Source: Eledone cirrhosa (taxonomy: Eukaryota). From it: DNA of 64,000 nt. The position numbers and the translations under genes are program-made. Location of the stretch: the NCBI GenBank assembly GCA_964016885.1, contig OZ024760.1, forward strand, positions 7,688,001 through 7,752,000, in the 5' to 3' direction. The notes below the pieces were generated by a model. That model ran no database searches. It was not told the origin of the DNA and saw only the letters and a program-made list of their open reading frames with translations. Positions 26,278 to 40,870 of the stretch are shown here, piece by piece. Each line of letters starts with the position of its first letter. Within the stretch, counting starts at the first letter, position 1.

Positions 26278-26530
26278 CTTTCACTGCCAAGGGGAAAAAA
26301 AAAAGCGAAGAGGCTGAAACAGAGAAGATGTGCGTTTCCCCCGTAGTCGTCTTATTGGTAATAGGACACCATGGTACAGCAGTGATGTTGATCGGCAGGA
26401 AGGTGATGCAAAAGACACACTCAAGTGTTGTAAAACACCTCGAATTTCAGGAGCAAGCTGCCATCTTGTAAAAAGCGTTCAACAGTACCCGGATAAGCCT
26501 CGTTTTCGCCAGGCCACTCGAGCAAAACCG
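26278..26530 (-). other. Probable non-coding first exon of HUWE1 (5' boundary approximate)
   Basis: Unique, CpG-containing island among AT microsatellites. Minus-strand donor GAAAG|gtaaaa at 26278/26277. It is the first promoter-like region seen upstream of the start exon; linkage to HUWE1 is inferred. Confidence 0.55.
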
Positions 26531-26605
26531 GAATGATTCGTGCAACATCGGAGATATCCGGAAATGTTCGGAATGTTAGTTAGATCTTAGATGGAGGCGG
26601 ACAGA
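26457..26605 (-). promoter_or_regulatory. Housekeeping-type promoter motifs (YY1-like, two ETS cores, GC-box-like)
   Basis: CAAGATGGCAGC on minus strand at 26468-26457; CCGGAA at 26528 and 26558; GGAGGCGGAC near 26592. Confidence 0.5.
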
Positions 26606-27226
26606 AAAAAAAATATTAGAGGCGAAATTTTCTTTTTCTTTTCCCTGTCTTTCTTTTTCTTGTCATTTTCCTTTTCTTTTTTTTTTTAAGTTAACGTTTA
26701 TTATTGAACTTAAATCTCAACTTTTTCAACAAAAAATTTTTGCGGGGTTAATGTGAAAAAATATTTCATATAGTTAATGGTTTCTGATTTAGGCATAGGG
26801 CCAACAATTTTCGGGGATTGGAAAGTCGATCAAATCGACCCCAGTGCGTTATTGGTACCTTATTTTAATCGACCACTGTAAAGATGAAAGGTAAAGCTAT
26901 CATCGACAGGATTTGAATTCGGGATGTAAAGGGCCGTAACTCTATATCGCAAATTAGCACTAGGCCAGCAATTGTTTTTTTGGGGGGAGGGGTCGATTAT
27001 ATCGACCCAGTATCCAATATTTGACTGTCACTTGATTTTATCACACACACACCCCAATCCCCCAGAAATATGAAAGGCTGAGATTTGAACTCAGAACGTA
27101 AAGAAAGATGACACTCTAACGAATCTCCAATCATCATTGACTTCTAAAAGAGAGAAATAGAGACTCAAGACCACAATTTTTTTAGGTATGTGTGTGGGTG
27201 TATTGTCAGTTGTAGAAACCATAGAC

Positions 27227-27547
27227 CAGGGGCGTGCAACAGGTGGCCCGTAGGCCACATTCCGGCTCGCCAGATCAGTCAGAGAGGCCCACGATGACCA
27301 TTTTTTTTATTTTTACCTTGTATGCTTATTTAGAATTTTTTTCGTAACCGTAATACAATTTTCTGTTAGTTGACCTATACTAAAGGGCTTCACTGATAGG
27401 GTTATGTGTGTTATAATTTTCCAGTTCCATGTTATGGAAAGAAGTTGTGGTGAATCTTTGGAATAGTGTTTAATAAATATTAATGCCCCTAATAGTTATT
27501 CCAATGTTCAAAAGTAGCCCATCAATGGAATATGTTGCACACCCCTG
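27227..27547. mobile_element. hAT MITE
   Basis: CAGGGGCGTGCAAC ... GTTGCACACCCCTG; flanks CCATAGAC/TCATTGAC. Confidence 0.75.
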
Positions 27548-27775
27548 TCATTGACCATGCCAAAAAAATCCACCCAGTCCACGCTGCAAAGTGGTTGGCA
27601 TTATGAAGAGTATCCACCGATAGAAACCATGCTAAAATGGGATCATCATCATCACTATATTTTCTATGTTTGTGAGGGTTAGATGGTGTACACCCTACAA
27701 GTTTTGCTGGTCAATGCTTTCCGCACAAAAGATGAGATGGTTTCAGACCTCTTGTTGTAGGAGATCTCCTCTACC

Positions 27776-28992
27776 AGAAAGCTCAGATGTCTGGCTACCA
27801 TAGCAAGGGACACTGGAATTGACAAAGAAGACCTAAAAACATTGGTGCGAAAACAAAGACTGTTGACCTGAAGTTGTGTTTGCTGTCTCACCTAAGGGCA
27901 GTGTATAAGAAGACAGAAAGCTCAGATGTCTGGCTACCATAGCAAGGAACATTGGAATTGACAAAGAAGACCTAAAAACCTTGATTGGGAAACAGACTGT
28001 TGGCCTGAAGTTGTGTTTGCTGTCTCACCTAAGGGCAGTGGATAAGAAGACAGAAAGCTCAGATGTCTGGCTACCATAGCAAGGAACATTGGAATTGACA
28101 AAGAAGACCTAAAAACCTTGATTGGGAAACAGACTGTTGGCCTGAAGTTGTGTTTGCTGTCTCACCTAAGGGCAGTGGATAAGAAGACAGAAAGCTCAGA
28201 TGTCTGGCTACCATAGCAAGGAACATTGGAATTGACAAAGAAGACCTAAAAACCTTGATTGGGAAACAGACTGTTGGCCTGAAGTTGTGTTTGCTGTCTC
28301 ACCTAAGGGCAGTGGATAAGAAGACAGAAAGCTCAGATGTCTGGCTACCATAGCAAGGAACATTGGAATTGACAAAGAAGACCTAAAAACCTTGATTGGG
28401 AAACAGACTGTTGGCCTGAAGTTGTGTTTGCTGTCTCACCTAAGGGCAGTGGATAAGAAGACAGAAAGCTCAGATGTCTGGCTACCATAGCAAGGAACAT
28501 TGGAATTGACAAAGAAGACCTAAAAACCTTGATTGGGAAACAGACTGTTGGCCTGAAGTTGTGTTTGCTGTCTCACCTAAGGGCAGTGGATAAGAAGACA
28601 GAAAGCTCAGATATCAGGCTACCATAGCAAGGAACATTGGAATTGACAAAGAAGACCTAAAAACCTTGATTGGGAAACAGACTGTTGACCTGAAGTTGTG
28701 TTTGCTGTCTCACCTAAGGGCAGTGGATAAGAAGACAGAAAGCTCAGATGTCTGGCTACCATAGCAAGGAACATTGGAATTGACAAAGAAGACCTAAAAA
28801 CCTTGATTGGGAAACAGACTGTTGGCCTGAAGTTGTGTTTGCTGTCTCACCTAAGGGCAGTGGATAAGAAGACAGAAAACTCAGATGTCAGGCTAACATA
28901 GCAAGGAACATTGGAATTGACAAAGAAGACCTAAAAACCTTGATTGGGAAACAGACTGTTGGTGTGAAGTTGTACGTCATGTCTCGCCTAAG
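27776..28992. repeat. 137-bp tandem repeat, about 9 copies
   Basis: GCTCAGATGTCTGGCTACC recurs at 27781, 27920, 28057, 28194 and onward; internal copies are near identical. Confidence 0.97.
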
Positions 28993-29091
28993 TGTAAAGA
29001 ATTATTTCCTGTCGTGTCCACAAGAGTGTCAGTTAAAAAGCTTGGCTAAATGTAGTTCCCCCACAGCTGAACACATTGCTGTCCTTTCTCA

Positions 29092-29285
29092 TTAAACTCT
29101 ACCAAGTCTACCTGCTCTGCAGGAGTGTTCCATCAGGGGGCATATCAGGAGGTGATGTGTAGTCTGTGGTTCGATGCCGCAGTCACACACAACATCCCCA
29201 TCCTTTAAATATCCCCATTTTTCAAGAGTGACTTTTGCACATCCAACACCAGATCTTAGTCTGTTTAGGCATTTGCGCACTGCAT
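29092..29285 (-). mobile_element. I-group (Ingi/Vingi-like) LINE C-terminal zinc-knuckle fragment
   Basis: LNRLRSGVG...EKWGY...CDCGIEPQTTHHLLICP motif. Confidence 0.7.
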
Positions 29286-29404
29286 AGTGCTATGAATAAA
29301 ATATAAGATTAGAGGTCAGACAGGTCATATGATCACATCTTATTCATTAGTTCTGTTTTGGGGGCTTGAATTTTTTTTAACAATTGGATGCCCTTCTTAA
29401 TGCC

Positions 29405-30040
29405 AACCTACAGGGTTTACTAAGTGCTTTTTCTCCTAGCACCAGCATGTCAACCTTACAGGGTTTATTGAGTGCTTTTTCTCCTAGCACCAGCATGTCA
29501 ACCTTACAGGGTTTATTGAGTGCTTTTTCTCCTAGCACCAGTATGACGACCTTACAGGGTTTATTGAGTGCTTTTTCTCCTAGCACCAGCATGACAACCT
29601 TACAGGGTTTACTGAGTGCTTTTTCTCCTAGCACCAGCATGACAACCTTACAGGGTTTACTGAGTGGTTTTTGTCCTAGCACCAGCATGTCAACCTTACA
29701 GGGTTTACTGAGTGCTTTTTCTCCTAGCACCAGCATGACAACCTTACAGGGTTTACTGAGTGGTTTTTGTCCTAGCACCAGCATGACAACCTTACAGGGT
29801 TTACTGAGTGCTTTTTCTCCTAGCACCAGCATGACAACCTTACAGGGTTTACTGAGTGGTTTTTGTCCTAGCACCAGCATGACAACCTTACAGGGTTTAC
29901 TGAGTGCTTTTTCTTCTAGCACCAGCATGACAACCTTACAGGGTTTACTGAGTGGTTTTTGTCCTAGCACCAGCATGACAACCTTACAGGGTTTACTGAG
30001 TGCTTTTTCTCCTAGCACCAACACAATCATCTTACAGGTT
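29405..30040. repeat. 48-bp minisatellite, about 13 copies, derived from a retroposon tail subrepeat
   Basis: Unit ACCTTACAGGGTTTACTGAGTGCTTTTTCTCCTAGCACCAGCATGACA; starts right after GGATGCCCTTC..AATGCCAACC. Confidence 0.95.
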
Positions 30041-30308
30041 GGGCAGGGTGATTTTTGTCCTGGCACCTGTACAAGTATGACCTCTTTACATGATGATGAT
30101 GATGATGGTGGTGGTGATAATGATAAATGATATATCTTACATCCCTAAAAAAAAACAAAAAAAACCTAAAATGACCTCCTTGTTAGTTTAGGGTCCTTCA
30201 ATGATTCCTAGGTCCCTTAATCCATGATCAGCAGACAAGAATGTTCTGAAATACAGTTCCTGCTCTTCATTCCTACCATTTTCAATTAATATATTCTCTT
30301 TAAAATGT

Positions 30309-30558
30309 CAACAACGACAACAACAATATCAACATCATCATCAACAACAACTACAGCAACAACAACAACAACAATAACAATTATAAGAACAACAGCAACA
30401 ACAATAACATCAGCAGTAACAACAACAGAAACAACATTAACATCAATAGCAAAAACAACAACAGCAGTAACAACAACAGCAACAACAACAACAACAACAA
30501 TAACAACAACAACAAAAACAACAACAGCAGCAATAACAACAATAACAACAACAAAAAA

Positions 30559-30593
<35 letters not shown>

Positions 30594-30836
30594 ACAACAA
30601 TAACAACATTAACAACATCACCAGCAGCAACAGCAACAATGACATCAACAGCAATATCAACAACAACAACAACAATAGCAATATCAACATCATCAACAAC
30701 AATAATATCAATAGCAACAACATCAGCAGTTACAACAACAACAACAACAACAACAACAACAGCAACAGCAACAACAACAGTTACAATAACAACAAGAAGA
30801 AAAATAACAGTAGCAATAACAACAACAACAACAACA
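30309..30836. repeat. Degenerate (CAA)n/(CAT)n microsatellite
   Basis: Directly visible. Confidence 0.95.
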
Positions 30837-31576
30837 GGTACAAAAATAACCCCATAAAGAAGATACTTTTGATGTTTAACATAATCAGGTTTGTAAAGGT
30901 CACCACCAAAGCACTTCTACCTGGAAATTAACATATTCCTAGTGAACCATTTCAAAATTAATCAAAGATTATTGCAAAGATTTAATAATATATTTCTCAG
31001 CAGGTAGATAGTATTAGCAATTGGAAAGTCCAATCGAAACATTGTTTCCTTGGTCCAATTTAACGAGTTGCATCCTCGGTAAGTGAATGAGGTCAGGGAT
31101 CTTGTCGATTGTTTAAAGAAAGGATATATATGTATGTATATATATATGTATGTATATATATTTGTCAAGGCAGAATTCTAGGAGAAGGAAAACTCTGATA
31201 TAACACCTGCAACCCTGATGGTATCCAATGATGTTGACTTGTTCTTCTTTTTGGTAAATATCATCTTGGTTAAGAGAGTGGGACTGGCTTTGTGCAGTGC
31301 CTTTGCTTACTATAAAAGCTTCACGGCACAGGCATTGCTTTATATCTGGAGATCTCTCTGCACTTGTTGTCACATGGTACCATGGGCCCAGCACTCTGTG
31401 TCAATAATTGTCACAGGTGTAGTGTTTGTACCAGAGTTTTCAAGTCGCTGGCTGGACTAAAAAGCCACACTCGTTCAGCGCATCGGTAGGGGTTCTCCTA
31501 CATGGATATAAAGTAGTGGCCGTACTCGAAAACGAGTTGGCAGCCACCATATATATATATATATATATATATATGT

Positions 31577-32739
<1,163 letters not shown>

Positions 32740-33197
32740 ATGTAATAAACATCATACAATAATTATTTCATTGGTAAATGAAATAATTATCTTATGTTGT
32801 TTATTACTTAACTAAAAAGCTCTGTAGCCTACATAGAGCACTCTCTTTTCCTTTACCTTTCCCTCGGAAATACTTCATTCAATTATATATATATATACAT
32901 ATATATAAATAAATGCTAATAATAGTATTTATACTTATATATGAGTTATATACAATTATAAATATGGAAGGGTAGTATGCTGCACTACCTGGTTACCAAT
33001 AAGAGAAATATCTCAATGTAAATTATCAGATCTATTATTACAGAGCAGAAATACAAAATATAAAACAATCAAATTTTTGCTTAATACATTTAATTGCTGA
33101 CGATCGTTTCTTCCAGACAACTGTATGATATCATCAGAGTTTACACAATGTTTAAACAAGTAATTACAATCCTAGTCTCTTTATATATATATATATA

Positions 33198-33560
33198 CGA
33201 GGTGTGTCAGAAAAGTTCCAGGACTGATGTCACAAAAGATTTATTTCAAACCCAAACTTCACACTAAGAGTTTTCTCCTTCAAAGTAATCCCCCTGGAGT
33301 CTAATGCACTTTTCCTTCCTTTTCTGTCACGCTTGCATGCACTCCTGGAAGGATTCTTCCAGGATCCTCCGCAGTTCCGTCGTCACGGCCTTTTTGATGT
33401 CATCCACGTCTTCAAAACAGGTCCCCTCTGGGTCGTACTCGAAGATCCATGACTCTTCGCCGGTGATGACTGTCCCTAGCAAGTCTGGTTCGGTTTCAAG
33501 ACGGTCGAGGATGTCCTGGCACACTTGCAAGCGTCAACCCTTCTGGTCATCGTTCAGCTG
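33198..33560 (-). mobile_element. Internally deleted mariner element
   Basis: TA-CGAGGTGTGTCAGAAAAGTTCC terminus. Transposase remnant VITGEESWIFEYDPE fused directly to the C-terminal GTCFEDVDDIKKAVTTEL. Confidence 0.85.
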
Positions 33561-33629
33561 ATGGGATGACAATGAAGAATCAATAAGAGATGGTAATGGT
33601 ATTTGAAGACACTGCATTCCTCATATATA

Positions 33630-33790
33630 CCGTATTTCCCAGTGTCAAAGACGCTACTTTATTCCTAAAATAAGTCTCAAAAATCTACCATGGAGGCCGA
33701 AGGTTGTTTATTATTTTTTTTCAAATTTTTGATTGCCAAAATTAGGGTGCGTTCTCGAGGATGAAGTGTCTTTGCGCCGGGAAAATACGG
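33630..33790. mobile_element. Tc2-like MITE
   Basis: TA-CCGTATTTCCC.GTGTCAAAGAC ... GTCTTTGCGCCGGGAAAATACGG-TA. Confidence 0.75.
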
Positions 33791-33821
<31 letters not shown>

Positions 33822-36803
33822 ATGTTTATGTATGTATATATCTATGGGTGTATGTATATATATATATGTATGTATATGTATGTATATGTTTATGTATGTA
33901 TATATGTATGGGTGTATGTATATATATATATGTATGTATATGTTTATGTATGTATATATGTATGGATGTATGTATATATATGTATGTATATGTTTATGTA
34001 TGTATATATGTATGGGTGTATGTATATATATGTATGTATGTATATGTTTATGTATGTATATATGTATGGCTGTATGTATATATATGTATGTATATGTATG
34101 TATATGTTTATGTATGTATATATGTATGGGTGTATGTATATATATATATGTATGTATATGTTTATGTATGTATATGTGTATGGGTGTATGTATATATATA
34201 TATGTATGTATGTATATGTATGTATATGTTTATGTATGTATATATGTATGGGTGTATGTATATATATATATGTATGTATATGTATGTATATGTTTATGTA
34301 TGTATATATGTATGGGTGTATGTATATATATATATGTATGTATATGTTTATGTATGTATATATGTATGGATGTATGTATATATATGTATGTATATGTTTA
34401 TGTATGTATATATGTATGGGTGTATGTATATATATATATGTATGTATATGTATGTATATGTTTATGTATGTATATGTGTATGGGTGTATGTATATATATA
34501 TGTATGTATGTATATGTATGTATATGTTTATGTATGTATATGTGTATGGGTGTATGTATATATATATATATATGTATGTATATGTATGTATATATTTATG
34601 TATGTATATATGTATGGGTGTATGTATATATATGTATGTATATGTATGTATATGTTTATGTATGTATATATGTATGGGTGTATGTATATATATATATGTA
34701 TGTATATGTTTATGTATGTATATATGTATGGATGTATGTATATATATGTATGTATATGTTTATGTATGTATATATGTATGGGTGTATGTATATATATATA
34801 TGTATGTATATGTATGTATATGTATGTATATGTTTATGTATGTATATGTGTATGGGTGTATGTATATATATATGTATGTATGTATATGTATGTATATGTT
34901 TATGTATGTATATGTGTATGGGTGTATGTATATATATATGTATGTATATGTATGTATATGTTTATGTATGTATATATGTATGGGTGTATGTATATATATG
35001 TATGTATATGTATGTATATGTTTATGTATGTATATATGTATGGGTGTATGTATATATATATATGTATGTATATGTTTATGTATGTATATATGTATGGATG
35101 TATGTATATATATGTATGTATATGTTTATGTATGTATATATGTATGGGTGTATGTATATATGTATGTATATGTATGTATATGTTTATGTATGTATATGTG
35201 TATGGGTGTATGTATATATATATATGTATGTATGTATATGTATGTATATGTTTATGTATGTATATGTGTATGGGTGTATGTATATATATATGTATGTATA
35301 TGTATGTATATGTTTATGTATGTATATATGTATGGGTGTATGTATATATATATATATGTATGTATATGTTTATGTATGTATATATGTATGGATGTATGTA
35401 TATGTATGTATATATATGTATGTATATGTTTATGTATGTATATATGTATGGGTGTATGTATATATATGTATGTATATGTATGTATATGTTTATGTATGTA
35501 TATATGTATGGGTGTATGTATATATATGTATGTATGTATATGTTTATGTATGTATATATGTATGGCTGTATGTATATATATGTATGTATATGTATGTATA
35601 TGTTTATGTATGTATATATGTATGGGTGTATGTATATATATATATGTATGTATATGTTTATGTATGTATATGTGTATGGGTGTATGTATATATATATATG
35701 TATGTATGTATATGTATGTATATGTTTATGTATGTATATATGTATGGGTGTATGTATATATATATATGTATGTATATGTATGTATATGTTTATGTATGTA
35801 TATATGTATGGGTGTATGTATATATATATATATGTATGTATATGTTTATGTATGTATATATGTATGGATGTATGTATATATATGTATGTATATGTTTATG
35901 TATGTATATATGTATGGGTGTATGTATATATATATATGTATGTATATGTATGTATATGTTTATGTATGTATATGTGTATGGGTGTATGTATATATATATA
36001 TGTATGTATGTATATGTATGTATATGTTTATGTATGTATATATGTATGGGTGTATGTATATATATATATGTATGTATATGTATGTATATGTTTATGTATG
36101 TATATATGTATGGGTGTATGTATATATATATATGTATGTATATGTTTATGTATGTATATATGTATGGATGTATGTATATATATGTATGTATATGTTTATG
36201 TATGTATATATGTATGGGTGTATGTATATATATATATGTATGTATATGTATGTATATGTTTATGTATGTATATATGTATGGGTGTATGTATATATATGTA
36301 TGTATGTATATATATGTATATGTTTATGTATGTATATATGTATGGGTGTATATATATGTATGTATATGTATGTATATGTTTATATATGTATATATGTATG
36401 GGTGTATGTATATATATGTATGTATATGTATGTATATGTTTATGTATGTATATATGTATGGGTGTATGTATATATATATATGTATGTATATGTATGTATA
36501 TGTTTATGTATGCATATGTGTATGGGTGTATGTATATATATATATGTATGTATATGTATGTATATGTATGTATATGTTTATGTATGTATATATGTATGGG
36601 TGTATGTATATATATATATGTATGTATATGTATGTATATGTATGTATATGTTTATGTATGTATATATGTATGGGTGTATGTATATATGTATATATATATA
36701 TGTATGTATATGTATGTATATGTATGTATATGTTTATGTATGTATATATGTATGGGTGTATGTATATATATATCTATGTATATATGTATGTGTGTGTGTG
36801 TGT
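33791..36803. repeat. 3-kb compound TA/TATG satellite with a period of about 45-65 bp
   Basis: Recurring TATGTTTATGTATGTATATATGTATGGGTGTATG anchor separated by variable TA/TATG runs. Confidence 0.97.
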
Positions 36804-36836
<33 letters not shown>

Positions 36837-37382
36837 GTCATCGCCTTCACATCCGCTTTCCTTCTAGCAAGGGTTTGGATGGGTTTACATAGACTAAATC
36901 AATACTGAAGTAGGACTCCTGATCTCCCAGACAGGCTAGGGATCTGTCATATTGCTTCTGGACAGTCTCACGTTTGACCAAATAAATAGGGAAGGTTGTC
37001 ATGTCTTCGACACAACTGAGTGTCCTCCCAACCCCTTGTCTCTTCAAGCTTTCTATGGCTGCATGCCCTTCCTATCACCAACCCCTTTACAGCATGTATT
37101 GGGTGCATTTATCATGTAGATCGCCAAACATTAGGGAGATTGTCATGTCCTTGACATGACTGAAGGGTCCACCTGATCCCATTTTTGGCAAACTTTCTAC
37201 AGCTGGATGCCCTTGAGGAAATAAATTTATAAGAAGACGTAGGGTGCTTAGGCACCGAATAAAAACTACAATTGCAGTGAGTTCCTATAAAATAGCTTAT
37301 AAAAATCGGGTAAAAATACTTTCTGTACCTGAATATCATGTCTTCTCATGTCTTCTCATAAATGTTCTTATTATTGAGCTAA

Positions 37383-38008
37383 TTACTGGCCTTGTGCCTA
37401 AAGTAGAAACAATTATTGAGCTAACGTGAGGGTGGTGGATTGGCAGAATCAGTAGAGCATCAGACAAAATGCTTTGCAGCATATAGTAACGTCCCTTTAC
37501 GTTCTGAGTTCAAATCCTGTCAGTTTTACCTGTCATCCTTCCGGAGGTCAATAAAATTAAGTACCAGTAATGTACGGGGGTTGTTATAATCAACTCTCCC
37601 CTTGATGTAAATTGTTGGTCTTGTGCCTAATTAGATATACCTAGGGTGGTGGATTGGCAGTAATCGGTAGAGTGTCAGACAACATGGTTTGTGGCATATG
37701 GTTACGTCCCTTTACGTTCTGAGTTCAAATCCTGCTGAGGTCAACTTTGCCTTTCATCCTTCTGAGATTGATGAAATAAAGTACCAGTAATACACTGGGT
37801 TTCCACTCTTCCCTTCAAATTCCTAACCTTGTACCGAATGTAGAAACACTTATTAAGCTGGTGTGAGGGGATGGGGGATTGGCAGAATCAGTAGAGCATT
37901 GGCCAACATGCTTTAAAGCATATAGTTACATCCCTTTATATTCTGAGTTCAAATTCCATCCCAGGGTTTCCCTTCAAAATGTTGGCCTCGTGCCTAAATC
38001 AGAAACCC

Positions 38009-38051
<43 letters not shown>

Positions 38052-38307
38052 GGGCCTACTCTGAGTATGTGTCTGTAAATTAAAGGTGGAAAACTGGGAG
38101 AGGGTCACTGTGGCTTTTTAATGGGCTTTCTCCACGAATGTCCCTCGGAAGTCTCCCCCCTATTGGGGAATTTTTTCATTGTTCTATTATTACATCCTCT
38201 GTTTCTTGTTTTTTTACATGCAGAAATGCCCATTTGTACCGTCCTGTATTGTCCTGTACTGTCCTTAATGTCTACTTTATGTAAACCCTTGTGGTTAATA
38301 AAGAAAG

Positions 38308-38351
<44 letters not shown>

Positions 38352-38680
38352 GGGCGGTGGATTGACAGTACCAGTGGAGCGTCAGACGCCATGCTTTGCA
38401 GCATAGAGTTACGGCCCTTTATGATCTGAGTTCAAATCCTGCCGAGGTTAACTTTGCCTTTCATCCTTACGGGGTCGATAATATAAAGTACCAGTAATGT
38501 ACTGGGTAATTGCTGGCCTTGTGCCTAAAGTAGAAACAATTATTATTATTATTATTATTATCGGCTGAACATCAGACACCATGCTTTTCAGCATAGAGTT
38601 ATGGCCCTTTATGTTCTGTCTTCAAATCCTGCCGAGGTTAACTTTACCATTCATCTTAACGGGGTCAATAAAATAGAGGA
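37383..38680 (+). mobile_element. Head-to-tail cluster of at least 5 tRNA-SINE copies with (ATT)n tails
   Basis: Heads GGTGGATTGGCAG near 37432, 37645, 37875 and 38352; partial copy at 38565. Confidence 0.8.
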
Positions 38681-38878
38681 CCAGCCCACATTGTAAGGTG
38701 GTCGTGATGGCAGCAGAGCAAAAAAGCACCCAGCCCACTCTGTAAAGTGGTCGTGTAGGTGTCACGACTAAAAGGACCCACCACTCACTGTAAAGTGGTC
38801 ATGTAGGTGTCATGACAAAAAGCACCCAGTCCACCCTGTAAAGTGTTGGTAAGTAACTTGATTCATGACAGTGCTGTG

Positions 38879-39106
38879 TTAACCCTTTAGCATTTAAACC
38901 GGTCATATCCAGCCAGAATTCTCTCACCTCTTTCTGTTCAAACTGGCTGCAACTGGCAGCTTATACTGATGTTAAAGTATTATTTTCAAAATAAATAATA
39001 TCAAAATCTCATAGATTCGACATTGTGTGAGATATTATGTGAGATAAAGCCTTTATCATGAAAATACAATAGTATATACAGAGTAATGTAAATGCTAAAG
39101 GGTTAA
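38879..39106. mobile_element. Complete piggyBac-like MITE
   Basis: TTAA-CCCTTTAGCATTTA ... TAAATGCTAAAGGG-TTAA. Confidence 0.88.
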
Positions 39107-39804
39107 CTGCTAAAGGGTTAACTGCTAAAGGGTTAACTGAAGCAGTTACATTGTAGAAGAATCATTTTTGGTAAATCAAAACAAACACACATACACAGAC
39201 ACACACAAACACGTATGCACACACACACACACACACAAGCATACGCACATACATATACAAACACACATACAAGTATACAAACACACATACAAGACCCGAC
39301 AAAGGGCTGAGGAACTCAGCAGATTCAACGGCCATCCAAATAGTGTTTTTTTTTTATGTGAGGGTTGTCGTCGTATTTTCCATGGCAAACATTTGTGCCA
39401 AAGATAGGTGTCGTCAGTTCCAAAAAGTGTGGTTGGTCCTACACAAGCCTTCACCACTTAAAACAAAACTTTGTGTGGATAGTTCAACATCAGTCCACTT
39501 TCTCACATTTAACTTTTGTTGGACACTCATACGTTGGATATCAATGGAAGAGTCCATCATATATACATATATATATATATATATTTTTGGATCGATCGAC
39601 TTTCGTCAAATCGGACCTAGGAAACAATGTTTCCGTTGGTCTTTCCAATTGCTAATACTATCTATCGGTCGCAACTCCAGGTAGAAGGAGCAACGTGAAA
39701 TAAAGTGTCTTGCTCAAGGACATAACGCATCGCCCGGTTCAGGAATCGAGCTCACAACCTCAAGATTGTGAATCCAATTGTCTAACCACTCTGCCACACG
39801 CCTT

Positions 39805-40172
<368 letters not shown>

Positions 40173-40203
40173 CAATGTAAGTAGTGTATATATAATATAT
40201 ATA

Positions 40204-40838
40204 TTTTCAGATGCAGGAGGGCGCTATAGAAGTGGTGGATAGCTTCCGGTACCTAGGAGATCAGATTAGCATGGGAGGAGGGTGTTCCGAGGCCATAGTA
40301 TCTAGAATAAGGACGGGTTGGAAGAAGTTTAGGGAGCTGCTTCCTCTGTTGATGAAGAAGCGTTTCTCCCTGCGTACGAAAGGCCGGTTGTATGATGCCT
40401 GTGTGAGGAGCACGATGCTGCATGGTAGTGAGACATAGGTAGCAACTGCAGAGGATATACGACGGCTGGAGAGAAATGAGGCAAGCATGCTCCGTTGGAT
40501 GTGCAGTGTAAATGTGCGTGAACGACCCAGCATAAATGTGTTGAGAGAGAAACTGTGTCTGAGAGGGATAGACTGTAGTGTACGGGAGAGGAGACTGAGG
40601 TGGTATGGACATGTGATGCGCATGGAGGATGACCGATGGGTGAAGAAATGCCAGGAAATGCCAGTTGAAGGAAGACGTGGTAGAGGTAGACCACGAAAGA
40701 CATGGGCGGAGGTGGTGAGAACAGACCTCAGATCATTGAAGCTCATGGTAGAGATGACGAAGGACCGTGACGAGTGGAGAGATGCTGTGCTGAATAAGAC
40801 CCGTCCCACCCTTGCAAGCAGGGAAAAGCGGACGTAAA

Positions 40839-40870
<32 letters not shown>
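40204..40870 (+). mobile_element. 5'-truncated RTE LINE
   Basis: [16 protein letters not shown]...TLASREKRT* followed by (ATG)n; one in-frame stop; closely similar to the 31.6-32.2 kb copy. Confidence 0.92.

Noticed and set aside
27776-28992. 137-bp array as a CRISPR array or tandem RNA genes
   Set aside because: No variable spacers, and no tRNA, 5S or snRNA features recognised.
29377-30931. Mucin-like and poly-Thr/Asn ORFs
   Set aside because: A 48-bp minisatellite and CAA microsatellite open on both strands; no splice or domain support.
33733-36908. Three ORFs over 1000 aa
   Set aside because: Translations of TA/TATG satellite that lacks stop codons; open in all three frames and almost only M/Y/V/C/I.
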